A stretch of 64,000 bases of DNA, from the NCBI GenBank assembly GCA_027459525.1, contig DAIDIC010000143.1, forward strand, positions 3,704 through 67,703, in the 5' to 3' direction. The DNA comes from Ktedonobacteria bacterium (GTDB lineage: Bacteria > Chloroflexota > Ktedonobacteria > Ktedonobacterales > JACDGC01). Both the position numbers and the translations under genes were made by a program. This document shows, one piece after another, positions 1 to 9,269 of the stretch. The notes beneath the pieces are model-generated. The model was given only the letters and a program-made list of their open reading frames with translations, ran no database searches and was not told the DNA's origin. Every line of letters starts with the position of its first letter. The stretch's first letter is position 1.

Positions 1-751
1 CGCCGGCTTTATGCGATTCTTGCAGCGCCTGCCCAATCAGCCGCAATTCATCGGCTAAACCGATAAGAACTTGCTCAATAAAGAAAATATCCACATGGTC
101 GCTGCGATCTTCCGCCGCAGCCATGGCATCCAGCCAATTTGCCGCCCATTCATATTGATTTGCCAAATCAACGATAGTTTGCGGCTCTACAAACGCTCCA
201 GACGCATACCGGCGCTCAAACTCAGCTATAGCGGCGCTGAAGCGCTCGCGAGGCTCGGTAAACAGCCGCATAATTTCATTGCCAATTTCGCGGGTGGCGT
301 TTAATTTAGTCGCTACAGCCGGCTTCGATGGATATGGAGGATCATCTACCAGCAGGACAATACGCATCCCCGGATACTCCTGCAACGCGGCTGACAAAAG
401 CGTTTTCCGAATTACATCCGGCTCTTCGTTATATGATGGCACAAGCACGGTAATGGAGGGCTGATGTTCCGCAAAATATCTGTCTAATTCGGCCCGCGGC
501 ACACGCACATGCTTGCTGAACCGCTGCAGCGCTCCTTGCCGCGCCACTAGGTACATCAGCGCGGAAAAGGTCAGCAGTGTAACAATAATCGAATATAAAA
601 CAGCCTGTAAAGAAAATGAGAATGTTTTTGGGCCATAAAAAAATTGTCGGATAATGGTTGAAATAATATAAACCACCCACAAACCAATAGTTAGCACTAT
701 TGCCAGTCTGCTCAATGCAATTTTCAGTGTCGATGGTTTTTCATGCATCAT
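1..751 (-). CDS. Glycosyltransferase family 2-like membrane protein, N-terminal part (gene continues past the left edge)
   Basis: Own translation of the minus strand from ATG at 751 gives MMHEKPSTLKIALSRLAIVLTIGLWVVYIIS..., with two hydrophobic helices. It is followed by SITVLVPSYNEEPDVIRKTLLSAALQEYPGMRIVLLVDDPP, a GT2/GT-A type signature. The frame stays open to position 1. It is missing from the ORF track because it runs off the window. Confidence 0.7.
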   Translation of the reverse strand, partial: MMHEKPSTLKIALSRLAIVLTIGLWVVYIISTIIRQFFYGPKTFSFSLQAVLYSIIVTLLTFSALMYLVARQGALQRFSKHVRVPRAELDRYFAEHQPSITVLVPSYNEEPDVIRKTLLSAALQEYPGMRIVLLVDDPPYPSKPAVATKLNATREIGNEIMRLFTEPRERFSAAIAEFERRYASGAFVEPQTIVDLANQYEWAANWLDAMAAAEDRSDHVDIFFIEQVLIGLADELRLIGQALQESHKAG

Positions 752-1179
752 TGGCAGCGGCTGAATCCGGCGCTCAGCTCCCCATTGCCTTTTGCGCATT
801 TGTCGTTTTGGTTGGTACGTTGCTTGCATATAATAACTTCCTAAACTTGTTGCAGCGCATCGCGCCTCAGCGTTATGCGTAACAAATTCACAATTGCTGT
901 TTCCGAAATTTCATTACAATTTCATCCCCGAAAAACAGCACATAAGTAACATTTCGATATTTATTTTTATTTATGGCAAACTATTAATCTACGCCACATT
1001 GCGCCACGTTTTTACAGCATAATCCACGCCAGTTCATAAAATAAATTTTATACCAAAGTTCTGTTTTCAAAAATATTTTGCCGTGATTTCGCTCAACCCG
1101 TCTATATCTATATGCATTGCTGAACAGCAAACCCACTGTTTACGTTTCTCATAGCGTTTTTATTTCATTCAGATAAGGA

Positions 1180-1311
1180 TAGATCTTGCACTTAAAAGAA
1201 AAAGCGCTGTTTCTCATATCTGCGCAAAGGGAGGCTTGGGAACACCCCAGAATCTCGTACAAGGGGCGCCTGCATTTATATATCCCCAACCATACTGAAG
1301 TGAAAGTCTTG
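1180..1311 (-). mobile_element. Family-A ~137-bp TIR element, copy 1 (decayed)
   Basis: The reverse complement aligns to the family consensus (CAAGACTTTCACTTCAGTATGG...GGCGCCCCTTGTACGAGATTCTGGGGTGTTCCCAAGCCTCCCTTTGCGCAGATATGAGAA...AAGTGCAAGATCTA). The left arm of the internal hairpin is degraded. Flanking 5-mers are AAGGA (1175-1179) and AAAGA (1312-1316). Confidence 0.6.
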
Positions 1312-1731
1312 AAAGATATATCTTGCTCAACAACAGCAAATAAATCTGTCAACGCCACAATTCTTGCGCAAGAAGCGCGCCATTTGCGAATTTCAGATAC
1401 GTTATAAATAAAATTTCCCTATAAAAACGGTAAATAAATCTAAAGACGTAAACAATTCAGTATAACATATAGCGTCGCTTTATATAAATAGAAATTTCAA
1501 GCGCCAAATCGGCGAATAGCCAGATAGTAATATGCGTGGCTGCTTACTCTGAAACACGCTTTTCATAAGTCTGCTTGCCTGATTCACAGAAAATGAATAG
1601 GTTAATACAGCAGGAATCCAACAAAAGCGAAATCTCTTTTACTGAGTTGGGAATATCGCTATCTGTGTATTTCTGCTGTACATGGCGGCAAAATAACTAT
1701 CACGCACACTAAAAATGTGAAATTATCGACT

Positions 1732-2829
1732 TTAGTATTGCGCAATAACCAAACGCTCACCCGGAAAAATAATATCCCCATTGCGACTGTTGGCGTATCC
1801 GCGCCGCCGCGCTACAGTTTCAATCACATCTCTATTGGCGGCGTACACACTGCGCCACGAAGCAACATCAAATTTTTCAGCTATACCAATCAGCGTATCT
1901 CCGGGCTGAACGATATATATCCGCTCGGCAGGCGTTTTTTTCGGCGGATTCTGTGACGAAGGGGCAGGAACCACTCCCGATGATCCATCAGAGCTTCCCG
2001 CCGCCGCGCCATTTTCCCCAACGGAAACACTGCTATTGCGCAGCGCAGCGACAATATTTTGAGTTAATTGGCGGTTAGCCATTGCCGGCATATACTCCCA
2101 TAGCCACACAGACGCAGGACTGCGCTGCGCCGCCGTTTGCGCAATAGACACCGGATGATTGGCGCCAAATTCATTTGTAACATCTACCGCAGGCAATATC
2201 GGCTTTGGGCTTGCCTCCGCCAACTGATGGCCCTGCGCAGCCAGCCAATCATTATACTGCTGAGGTACCCATGCGTCTGCGCAAGGGTTCAGCCGGCGCG
2301 CAACTTCCATCCATCCCTGCTGTATTGGATCTGCCCATGTGGTTATATAAAGCAGCGATGAATTGTTCTGCATCAGGCTGCAAAAACGCTGCGCCGCCAG
2401 AGGATTATTATCCCATTCAATCTCCATATCCGCGCAAGCAAAACCTGTTCCGGTTGGCTCAGCTGAAGCAACGGCGCGCTGCATTTCCCGCAAAACAGCG
2501 CATTCTTCATTAATAAAATTCATTCCAAACCGCGGCCCATAACAATACATAAACGGAATATAGCCCGCCCCAACGTCATGAGCCGCTTTATATTCCGCTG
2601 CAATTTGCTCCGGTCCGCTATACCACTTTCGTGTTCCGTCAGCGCGTTTCACACATAGCGAATCTATTCCCAAACCACGCGCTCGCCGCGCAGCTGCCGC
2701 AATATCCGCAGCGCCCCAAAATTCACTTTCATTACCCACAAATATCACTGTTTTACCTGCCGTAATGGCGGCGTTTGGCTTTGTCATATACCGCTTCTCC
2801 TCAACCATTATTTTGCTGCGAAACATCAC
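1732..2829 (-). CDS. Putative cell-wall hydrolase (TIM-barrel, DUF1906/GH25-like impression) with C-terminal LysM domain, endolysin-like
   Basis: 365-aa ORF. The C-terminus YIVQPGDTLIGIAEKFDVASWRSVYAANRD...GDIIFPGERLVI is a LysM motif. There is no signal peptide. It sits 14 nt downstream of a terminase gene. The N-terminal domain assignment is tentative. Confidence 0.65.
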   Translation of the reverse strand: MMFRSKIMVEEKRYMTKPNAAITAGKTVIFVGNESEFWGAADIAAAARRARGLGIDSLCVKRADGTRKWYSGPEQIAAEYKAAHDVGAGYIPFMYCYGPRFGMNFINEECAVLREMQRAVASAEPTGTGFACADMEIEWDNNPLAAQRFCSLMQNNSSLLYITTWADPIQQGWMEVARRLNPCADAWVPQQYNDWLAAQGHQLAEASPKPILPAVDVTNEFGANHPVSIAQTAAQRSPASVWLWEYMPAMANRQLTQNIVAALRNSSVSVGENGAAAGSSDGSSGVVPAPSSQNPPKKTPAERIYIVQPGDTLIGIAEKFDVASWRSVYAANRDVIETVARRRGYANSRNGDIIFPGERLVIAQY

Positions 2830-2843
2830 ATATTATTTGCCTG

Positions 2844-4424
2844 CTATTCAACGGCGCCGTCAAGGTTTGTTACTACTTCAAACATTCGCACAGCGGCGGC
2901 GGCGGCGTTTGGCTGCGCCGCGGCGCTCAGCGCTATCGCGTGCGCTATCACAATATCGTCATGAAATCCGGCCGGCGCGCCGGTAGATCCATCAGCGCGG
3001 TACGAATACACCAACGCTTCATGCAAAAACTGCCGATCCGCCGGAACATAACTTTGTTCGCGCAAACAGCGCGCTAAATGCGCAATCATCAGCGGTTTCG
3101 TCCGGGTATTTGTCGGCCAGCCGGGTCGGCTTTCTTCCTGCGCCACATCACGTATCGGGTCGCTATAGTAATATAAATGTTCATATCCGGCAGTTTTCAG
3201 CGCCAATAATACGGCAAAGCCATGCTGGTTCCGCTCCACCGCCAGCAGCGCCCCGCCATACAACGCGCCGAGCCGGGCCAGCTTTGCCGCAAAAATATCC
3301 GGCGGCCAGCGGCCATAAATTGCCGCGCATTGTCTTCCTGTTTGCATATCCACCACGCAAGCGGCGTCATAATCCCCATCAGATAATCCCTCCGCGGTAT
3401 CTGCGCCAATTACATAGCAATGACCAGATTGCTGTTCTTCCCATATGCGCACGCCATCTTCAATCTCCTGCGGCGACGGCAGCAAAGCCATTGCCGGCTC
3501 ACATCGCGCCAATATTTCACGATCAAAAACCGGCCGACCGCTTTGCACAAACGCTTCAACTGCTGTTTCCGGATATTCTTGGCTCATCTGCCACGGCTCC
3601 ATTACTGCCATACGTTCTTGGCGCCACTGCTCCGAACGTTCGGGGTTTGCGTTCCATGGCAGAAAAATCGCCGCAAAGGCTCCTAAAACCGGCGATGAGG
3701 CAGCTTGTGCGCCGGTGAGACCACCAACTATATACGCCGGGTGGCTTTTTTGCCATATTCGGTAAAATACATTGCCCACTCCATGCGCAGTAGAAATGCC
3801 GATTATTTGCCCTCCGGCAGATACCGCCGGCTCTATTGCCGTCCATATTTCCTCTTGCCATGGCTGATGCGCCCATTCATCCAGCACAATCAGCGATACC
3901 GCGCGCGATCGCACCGCTCCGCGCGCCGCAGGAAAAGATTCAATACGGCTGGAAACAACTCGTTTTCTTTTTCCCAACGATGCGCCGTTCGCAATCACCG
4001 TGTGCCCAAACTCTAAAATTCTGCCGGAGTGGCGCAGCAGCGTCACCCCATCAGCCGCGCCGGATTCTTCCTGCTTAGCCAAAGCAGCTCTCAGCCAATT
4101 GGGCAAATGTTCATGAGTAAAATAGATTCGCTCCAACAAATCATTTGCGTCGCGTTGATTTCGCGACAGCAACGCAATTTGCGCCGCCGGAGTAAACCGC
4201 GCCATCCACAGCGCATACGCCGCCGCCAGTTCTGAAGCGCCCAACTGCCGTGACTTTAATATAATGACACGTTTTTCCCGCTGAAACACTCCCAAAACAT
4301 CCCGCTGCCAATCCCACAGCAAAAAAGGCACAACACCATGCGACGGATGCCGAATAACACAATACTGTTCAATAAAATATGTGGGATTCCCCTTTATTTT
4401 CGCAAACTCAGCCTCAAAATTCAT
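2844..4424 (-). CDS. Phage terminase large subunit (TerL)-like protein
   Basis: 526-aa ORF with Walker A-like ILKSRQLGASE and Walker B LIVLDEWAH. Nuclease-domain motifs are CYVIGADTAEGLSDGDYDA and LLAVERNQHG. Confidence 0.8.
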   Translation of the reverse strand: MNFEAEFAKIKGNPTYFIEQYCVIRHPSHGVVPFLLWDWQRDVLGVFQREKRVIILKSRQLGASELAAAYALWMARFTPAAQIALLSRNQRDANDLLERIYFTHEHLPNWLRAALAKQEESGAADGVTLLRHSGRILEFGHTVIANGASLGKRKRVVSSRIESFPAARGAVRSRAVSLIVLDEWAHQPWQEEIWTAIEPAVSAGGQIIGISTAHGVGNVFYRIWQKSHPAYIVGGLTGAQAASSPVLGAFAAIFLPWNANPERSEQWRQERMAVMEPWQMSQEYPETAVEAFVQSGRPVFDREILARCEPAMALLPSPQEIEDGVRIWEEQQSGHCYVIGADTAEGLSDGDYDAACVVDMQTGRQCAAIYGRWPPDIFAAKLARLGALYGGALLAVERNQHGFAVLLALKTAGYEHLYYYSDPIRDVAQEESRPGWPTNTRTKPLMIAHLARCLREQSYVPADRQFLHEALVYSYRADGSTGAPAGFHDDIVIAHAIALSAAAQPNAAAAAVRMFEVVTNLDGAVE

Positions 4425-4569
4425 CGGCGTCCCTCCGCCAATTACATACTGAGCGTGTCAATCTCAAATCAAACAACCCAAGGCAATGAAAGCAGACGAA
4501 TTACTTCCCTCGAACGCAATGGCCGCGCATGTAACCATTATCTGATATGTGATATGATAAAAATAAAAA

Positions 4570-6000
4570 ATGAATTATCGCAACGCACTGGATTTTATCT
4601 ATTCCTTCTCAGACTTTGAACGAAACGGAACATTTTCCCGAACAGAAGATCCGCAATTCACCCGCTTTCGCGCCCTTATGCGTTTGCTGAATAACCCGCA
4701 AAACACCTACCCTGCAATCCATATTGCAGGAACCAAAGGCAAAGGCTCTGTTTCTGCGCTTATTGAATCGGCGCTGCGCGCAAATGATTATCAAACGGGG
4801 CTATACACATCGCCGGATCTGCACACCATGCGTGAACGCATTAGAATACAGGGGCAGCCAATCAGTGAAGAAGAAACTTGCGAACTGGCGGAAGAAGTTC
4901 AGGCAGCCATAGCGCGCATGCCCGAAGCGCTTTCATCCGCGTTGATAACCTTCGAAATAATTACGGCAATGGCGTTTTTAGCGTTTGCCAAGCGTCATGT
5001 AACTATTGCCATAATTGAAACTGGCTTAGGCGGCAGGTTAGATCCAACAAATAGTATTCAGCCGCTGCTTTGTATCATCACCTCTATCAGCTACGATCAC
5101 ATGGCTGTTCTTGGCAAAACCATCCGGCAAATTGCCAGAGAAAAAGCCGGAATTATTAAAGATAACGGTGTCGTTATTGTTTCCGCAGAACATCCGGAAG
5201 CGCTGGAGGTTATTGATAAAACGGCAAAAGATCACGCCGCGCAAATCATCCATATAGCAAGCGCATCCAACAAAACATTCGATCCCCAAATATACACATA
5301 CCCCGAACAAGAATATACCATATACAAAGAAAATGGCCGATTTTATCAGGAATTTCAAATAACACATACCGGACAAAGCATACCCTGCAAAGTTCCGCTG
5401 CTCGGCGCACATCAGCGGCAAAACACCTGCGCCGCGCTGGCGGCAATACATACACTGGACGTAAAAGGATTTCCTGTAAAAGCAGACCGCACGGCGCTCG
5501 GCTTTGCAGCGGTTCAATGGCCGGCGCGGCTGCAGCTTGCCGGCGAAAATCCGCTGATATTCATCGACGGCGCTCACAACGCCGATTCACTGCAAAAAAC
5601 ATTGCAAACCATTTCCAAAGATATCCCCTATCGCCGCATGCACATACTGCTAGGAACGCTGAAAGATAAGGATATTGCAGGGATGGCGCAGGTATTGCAG
5701 CAGGAACAGGTTCGGCTGCATTCACTGGTAATTTGCGGGGGATTTTCACCTAGGGCAGCGCCGGCGGAATTATGGCAAGAACATCTGGCCAATGAACTGA
5801 CTGCGGCGCAAATAAACATTCAATTCACAGATTCATTTGAAACAGCGCTTCTCATGGCCGAAGAAATCGCCCAACCCGAAGATCTCGTTCTCATCACCGG
5901 GTCGCTATATTTGGCGGCAGCAGCCTTGCTGCGCATTGCCGCAACGCGAAAAGATCCTGTAGCGGCTTCTATCACCATCTATGGGCAAGACCATGTATAG
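4570..6000 (+). CDS. folC: Bifunctional folylpolyglutamate synthase / dihydrofolate synthase
   Basis: 476-aa ORF with the Mur-ligase P-loop IHIAGTKGKGSVSA, SYDHMAVLG and FIDGAHN motifs. Confidence 0.9.
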   Translation: MNYRNALDFIYSFSDFERNGTFSRTEDPQFTRFRALMRLLNNPQNTYPAIHIAGTKGKGSVSALIESALRANDYQTGLYTSPDLHTMRERIRIQGQPISEEETCELAEEVQAAIARMPEALSSALITFEIITAMAFLAFAKRHVTIAIIETGLGGRLDPTNSIQPLLCIITSISYDHMAVLGKTIRQIAREKAGIIKDNGVVIVSAEHPEALEVIDKTAKDHAAQIIHIASASNKTFDPQIYTYPEQEYTIYKENGRFYQEFQITHTGQSIPCKVPLLGAHQRQNTCAALAAIHTLDVKGFPVKADRTALGFAAVQWPARLQLAGENPLIFIDGAHNADSLQKTLQTISKDIPYRRMHILLGTLKDKDIAGMAQVLQQEQVRLHSLVICGGFSPRAAPAELWQEHLANELTAAQINIQFTDSFETALLMAEEIAQPEDLVLITGSLYLAAAALLRIAATRKDPVAASITIYGQDHV

Positions 6001-6019
6001 CTGTTCCATTGCAGCGCAT

Positions 6020-6568
6020 CTATGCCGAAATCAGCGATAAATGCAATTGAGCAATGCGGCGGCTATGCAAAGCTTTTACTATCTTCTGCTCAATAGTCCG
6101 CAAATCAGCGGCGTTTGCAATAATTTCATCTATTCCCAAAACATGCATCGGCGTCGTTGCAACTTCTTGAAACGGCTTTAATAAGACAATTGCCACCCCG
6201 TCATATTTTGCTGAACTACGGAGCATTTGAATAAACAACTTTACCAAATCTGGCTCTTCATTGCTCCGAATAAATATTAAATTGGGTATGTCTTGCTCAA
6301 TCTCTTCCGAAGCTTCAACGATACTGTTACTCACATCAACCTCAAAACCCCTGTTCCGCAGAAAATTCGGCAATGGCCCTAGCTGCGAACAAAGCGGATC
6401 GATAATATGAATATGTGGTCGAACATGTGTCTCGCGTAATTCACCAAAGTCATGGCCAACTATTTTTAATTCAATTTTACCTTTTTTCGCTGACTTTGTT
6501 TTTGTAGTCACCAATCGCAATGATTTAGCCATATATTGTTCCCCTCTCAGCCATATGTTATCAGACAA
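6020..6568 (-). CDS. Receiver-like (pseudo-receiver) domain protein
   Basis: 182-aa ORF with a CheY-like layout (IHIIDP...GFEVDV...PNLIFIRSNEEPD...VAIVLLKP). The position of the phospho-acceptor Asp reads R (LIFIR). The call is by eye only. Confidence 0.45.
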   Translation of the reverse strand: MSDNIWLRGEQYMAKSLRLVTTKTKSAKKGKIELKIVGHDFGELRETHVRPHIHIIDPLCSQLGPLPNFLRNRGFEVDVSNSIVEASEEIEQDIPNLIFIRSNEEPDLVKLFIQMLRSSAKYDGVAIVLLKPFQEVATTPMHVLGIDEIIANAADLRTIEQKIVKALHSRRIAQLHLSLISA

Positions 6569-6751
6569 TAATGTGCGCTCCGCAGTGTCTTCGCGACATA
6601 ATATTAGGCGCGATTCACGCGGCAGCTGTTTTGCGGCGGCTTTTTAACAGCCATATTTGCTTGAGCATGATATACTATTTCATCGCCATACACAGGAAAA
6701 ACTTTAGGGTAAACTTCGGCAGGTTACAGATATTTTACACAAGAATATACT

Positions 6752-6888
6752 CAGGACTTTCGCTGCAGCATGGAACATCGGGGATGTACAAGGGGCGGCG
6801 CCCTTTGTACGGGGTTCTGGGATGTCCCCAGACCTCCCTTTGTTGCAGATACGAGAACCGTGCGCTTCTCTTTCAAGCGAAAGTCTTA
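6752..6888 (+). mobile_element. Family-A 137-bp TIR element, copy 2
   Basis: Sequence CAGGACTTTCGCTGCAGCATGGAACATCGGGGATGTACAAGGGGCGGCGCCCTTTGTACGGGGTTCTGGGATGTCCCCAGACCTCCCTTTGTTGCAGATACGAGAACCGTGCGCTTCTCTTTCAAGCGAAAGTCTTA. Flanking 5-mers are ATACT and ATAAT. Confidence 0.9.
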
Positions 6889-6992
6889 ATAATGTGCGAT
6901 GGCCGGAGGTTTAAATATGATATGCTATAACCAAAACAGCGCAGTTGCGCGCCGGAGCTTTTCGGCAAAACGTACAATTTTTCAAAACTACT

Positions 6993-7466
6993 ATGGAGCG
7001 GCAGCAAAACATGAATACACCTCAAGCAATTCAAGATCGTTACCCGGATGAATGGAATCATTGCTATGGCTGCGGCAGACTAAATGATAAAAGTTTACGC
7101 ATTACCAGTTATTGGACCGGTGATGAAGCCATATGCAACTATATTCCAAAAGATGAACAAACAGCATTTCCCGGGGTACTTTCCGGCGGCGTTATTGCCT
7201 CAGTAATAGACTGCCACAGTTTAGCGGCGGCTTCAGCGGCGTTTGGCGCACAATTAGGGATTGCGGAAAACGAACCATTACCGCGCTGCGTTACCGCATC
7301 ACTAAAAGTAGATTTTTTAAAACCAACCCCATTGGGACCGGTAACAGTGCGCGCACATGCGCAAGAAATTCGTGGACGCAAAGCTATTATCATCAGTCAT
7401 CTGTTCAGTGGCAGCGAAGAATGCGCGCGCGGTGAAGTAATTGCCGTGCTGAAGCCCGACGCATAA
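6993..7466 (+). CDS. PaaI/hotdog-fold thioesterase family protein
   Basis: The ORF runs 6945-7466. The ATG at 6993 (MERQQNMNTP) is preferred as the start. CYGCG, FPGVLSGGVIASVIDCHS and a C-terminal beta-sheet region are typical of PaaI-like thioesterases. Confidence 0.7.
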   Translation: MERQQNMNTPQAIQDRYPDEWNHCYGCGRLNDKSLRITSYWTGDEAICNYIPKDEQTAFPGVLSGGVIASVIDCHSLAAASAAFGAQLGIAENEPLPRCVTASLKVDFLKPTPLGPVTVRAHAQEIRGRKAIIISHLFSGSEECARGEVIAVLKPDA

Positions 7467-7948
7467 CAAACAGCGCTTTTTATTTGGAGCTGGCCGGCCT
7501 GCACAGCCAGTTCCAAAGCCGACTATCAGTGTTTTTGCCGCTTCTGATAAATCAGCGCAGCGCATTGTTGCACAATCGGCGCGCCAGCCGTCTTACCACG
7601 GTGTTGAAGCGGCGGATAAGCTGATACATATATTCACGCCCCCAATTTGCTGTAAAGATATCCAAAAGTTTTCCCAATTAGCCTAAAATATCTGCATCTC
7701 TTTCCTTTTCATGCTATACTTTACATACGTCTTCCGGCTCTTCGTTTGGTTTTATCCTTCTCGCGCTATTGCTTACAATAACGCATATATCAAAACAAAA
7801 AAAGGGTTGTGAAAAATCTTTAGAGATTCACCGGCGTGAGGATTGATACCCATTATGGATTTTTTTCTGTTAAAGCTGGCTCTGCCGTAAAATAGCAGAA
7901 AAATATCTATCTGTTATTTTGGCAAAAGTTTTAATATTATTATTTATT

Positions 7949-8085
7949 CAGGACTTTCGCTTCAACATGGAAAATCGGGGATGTATAAGGGGCGCTGCCC
8001 CTTATACGGGGTTCTGGGGTGTCCCCAGCCCTCCCTTTGTTGCAGATACAAGAACCATGCGCTGCTCTTTCAAGCGAAAATCCTA
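7949..8085 (+). mobile_element. Family-A 137-bp TIR element, copy 3
   Basis: Full-length copy with perfect 5-bp flanking repeats TTATT (7944-7948 and 8086-8090). It ends 29 nt before the PP2C start codon. Confidence 0.9.
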
Positions 8086-8114
8086 TTATTTTTTAAGACA
8101 GGTTTCACGATAGT

Positions 8115-9269
8115 ATGATGACACCAATGTTCTCTCTGCTGGCATTCTCAACTTTGGAAAAAGCAGGATTGTTTGCCATCGTAGGTGTTTTTGGCTTAGT
8201 AGTCATCCTTTTTCTCATAGTTTATCTTTTCTTTTATGTTATTCGTAAACGGCAAAACGCTAACTCTCATAGTCAAAACACAGAATTTGATAATACAAGC
8301 GTTATTTCAGCGCACGAGCTTAATTCATTACTGGCAAATAAACCGTTAACCCTTACAAAACCACGCGATGAGAAAATTCATTTGCATAATACCGTAAAAT
8401 TAAAAAATAATATGCGCTATGATATCCTTGTCGGAGCCAAAACCGACCGAGGCATACGCCGCCGCGCAGATGTTAATCAAGATAATGTGCTCGCCCTGAC
8501 CGGCGCACGATTTGTTAATGGAACGTTAGAGCCGTTTGGTGTATTTATTGTTGCAGACGGTATGGGCGGACACCAATTTGGATACGAAGCCAGCGCACGC
8601 GCTATTCGGGTTATTTTGGATAATTTACTGCAGCCGCTGATAGACGGCCAGGCGCTGGGAAACGCCCAAATTGCCGAAGCGCTTCGATCGAGCATCGAAG
8701 CGGCAAATATTGATATTTATCAGCGCAACAAAGAACGCAATTCAGATATGGGCACTACGGTAACCGCAGCGGTTGTAGTTCCCGATATTGCCTTTGTAGC
8801 CAATGTCGGTGACAGCAGAACCTATCTGTTGCCAATAGATAAAAAGCTATACCAAATTACCGAAGACCATTCGGTGGTCGCCGGATTAGTTTTAGCAGGT
8901 GTAATTGCGCCGGAAGATATATATACACACCCCAAACGAAATCAAATATATCGCAGTTTAGGCGATTCATCTGAAGTGGATATTGATATGTTTCAGGTAG
9001 ATATTGGTGTGGATGATATGCTGCTGCTGTGTTCCGATGGCTTATGGGAAATGGTGCGCGATTGGCGGCTGCAAAATATCATGGAAAGCCATTCCTCCGT
9101 AAACAAAGTGATCGATGAACTCGTAGATGAAGCTAACGATAACGGCGGCGTAGATAACATCAGCGCTATTTGCGTAAAACTGGCAAAAGCGCACGAGCCG
9201 ATACTGCGAGCCGGAGTACATCTTATAGTTTATCCGGAAGCGTTAAACGTGCAAAAATATGAAGCTTAA
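8115..9269 (+). CDS. Membrane-anchored PP2C-family Ser/Thr phosphatase
   Basis: N-terminal TM helix (LFAIVGVFGLVVILFLIVYLFFYV). PP2C motifs are FIVADGMGGH, ANVGDSRTYLL, LLLCSDGLWEMV and DNISAICV. Confidence 0.9.
   Translation: MMTPMFSLLAFSTLEKAGLFAIVGVFGLVVILFLIVYLFFYVIRKRQNANSHSQNTEFDNTSVISAHELNSLLANKPLTLTKPRDEKIHLHNTVKLKNNMRYDILVGAKTDRGIRRRADVNQDNVLALTGARFVNGTLEPFGVFIVADGMGGHQFGYEASARAIRVILDNLLQPLIDGQALGNAQIAEALRSSIEAANIDIYQRNKERNSDMGTTVTAAVVVPDIAFVANVGDSRTYLLPIDKKLYQITEDHSVVAGLVLAGVIAPEDIYTHPKRNQIYRSLGDSSEVDIDMFQVDIGVDDMLLLCSDGLWEMVRDWRLQNIMESHSSVNKVIDELVDEANDNGGVDNISAICVKLAKAHEPILRAGVHLIVYPEALNVQKYEA

Noticed and set aside
3110-4235. Multiple 60-200-aa ORFs lie antisense or out of frame within the terminase gene (for example 3110-3718, 3445-3765 and 3705-4016). 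Similar shadow ORFs lie inside other long genes.
   Set aside because: They are Arg/Pro/Ala-rich low-complexity translations typical of the off-frames of a real gene. They are fully nested in ORFs that have clear family motifs.
7467-7948. A ~480-nt gene-free tract upstream of the family-A copy at 7949. It contains short ORFs (33 aa MLYFTYVFRLFVWFYPSRAIAYNNAYIKTKKGL on the plus strand, 26 aa on the minus strand, and the 82-aa ORF 7317-7565).
   Set aside because: None has a ribosome-binding site or recognisable family. ORF 7317-7565 overlaps the thioesterase gene antisense. The tract is probably promoter or leader DNA, or decayed sequence.
7919-8113. ORF-track entries lying on family-A elements give recurring pseudo-peptides such as GCTRGAAPCTRFWGVPRPPF and YKGRRPLYIP. 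The entries are 1149-1358, 1186-1407, 6571-6930, 7919-8113, 16389-16712, 16453-16701, 40454-40708, 40588-40842 and 49343-49630.
   Set aside because: The similarity comes from the nucleotide repeat. The frames differ between copies, indels break them, both orientations occur, and no start or RBS context is conserved. They are treated as non-coding.
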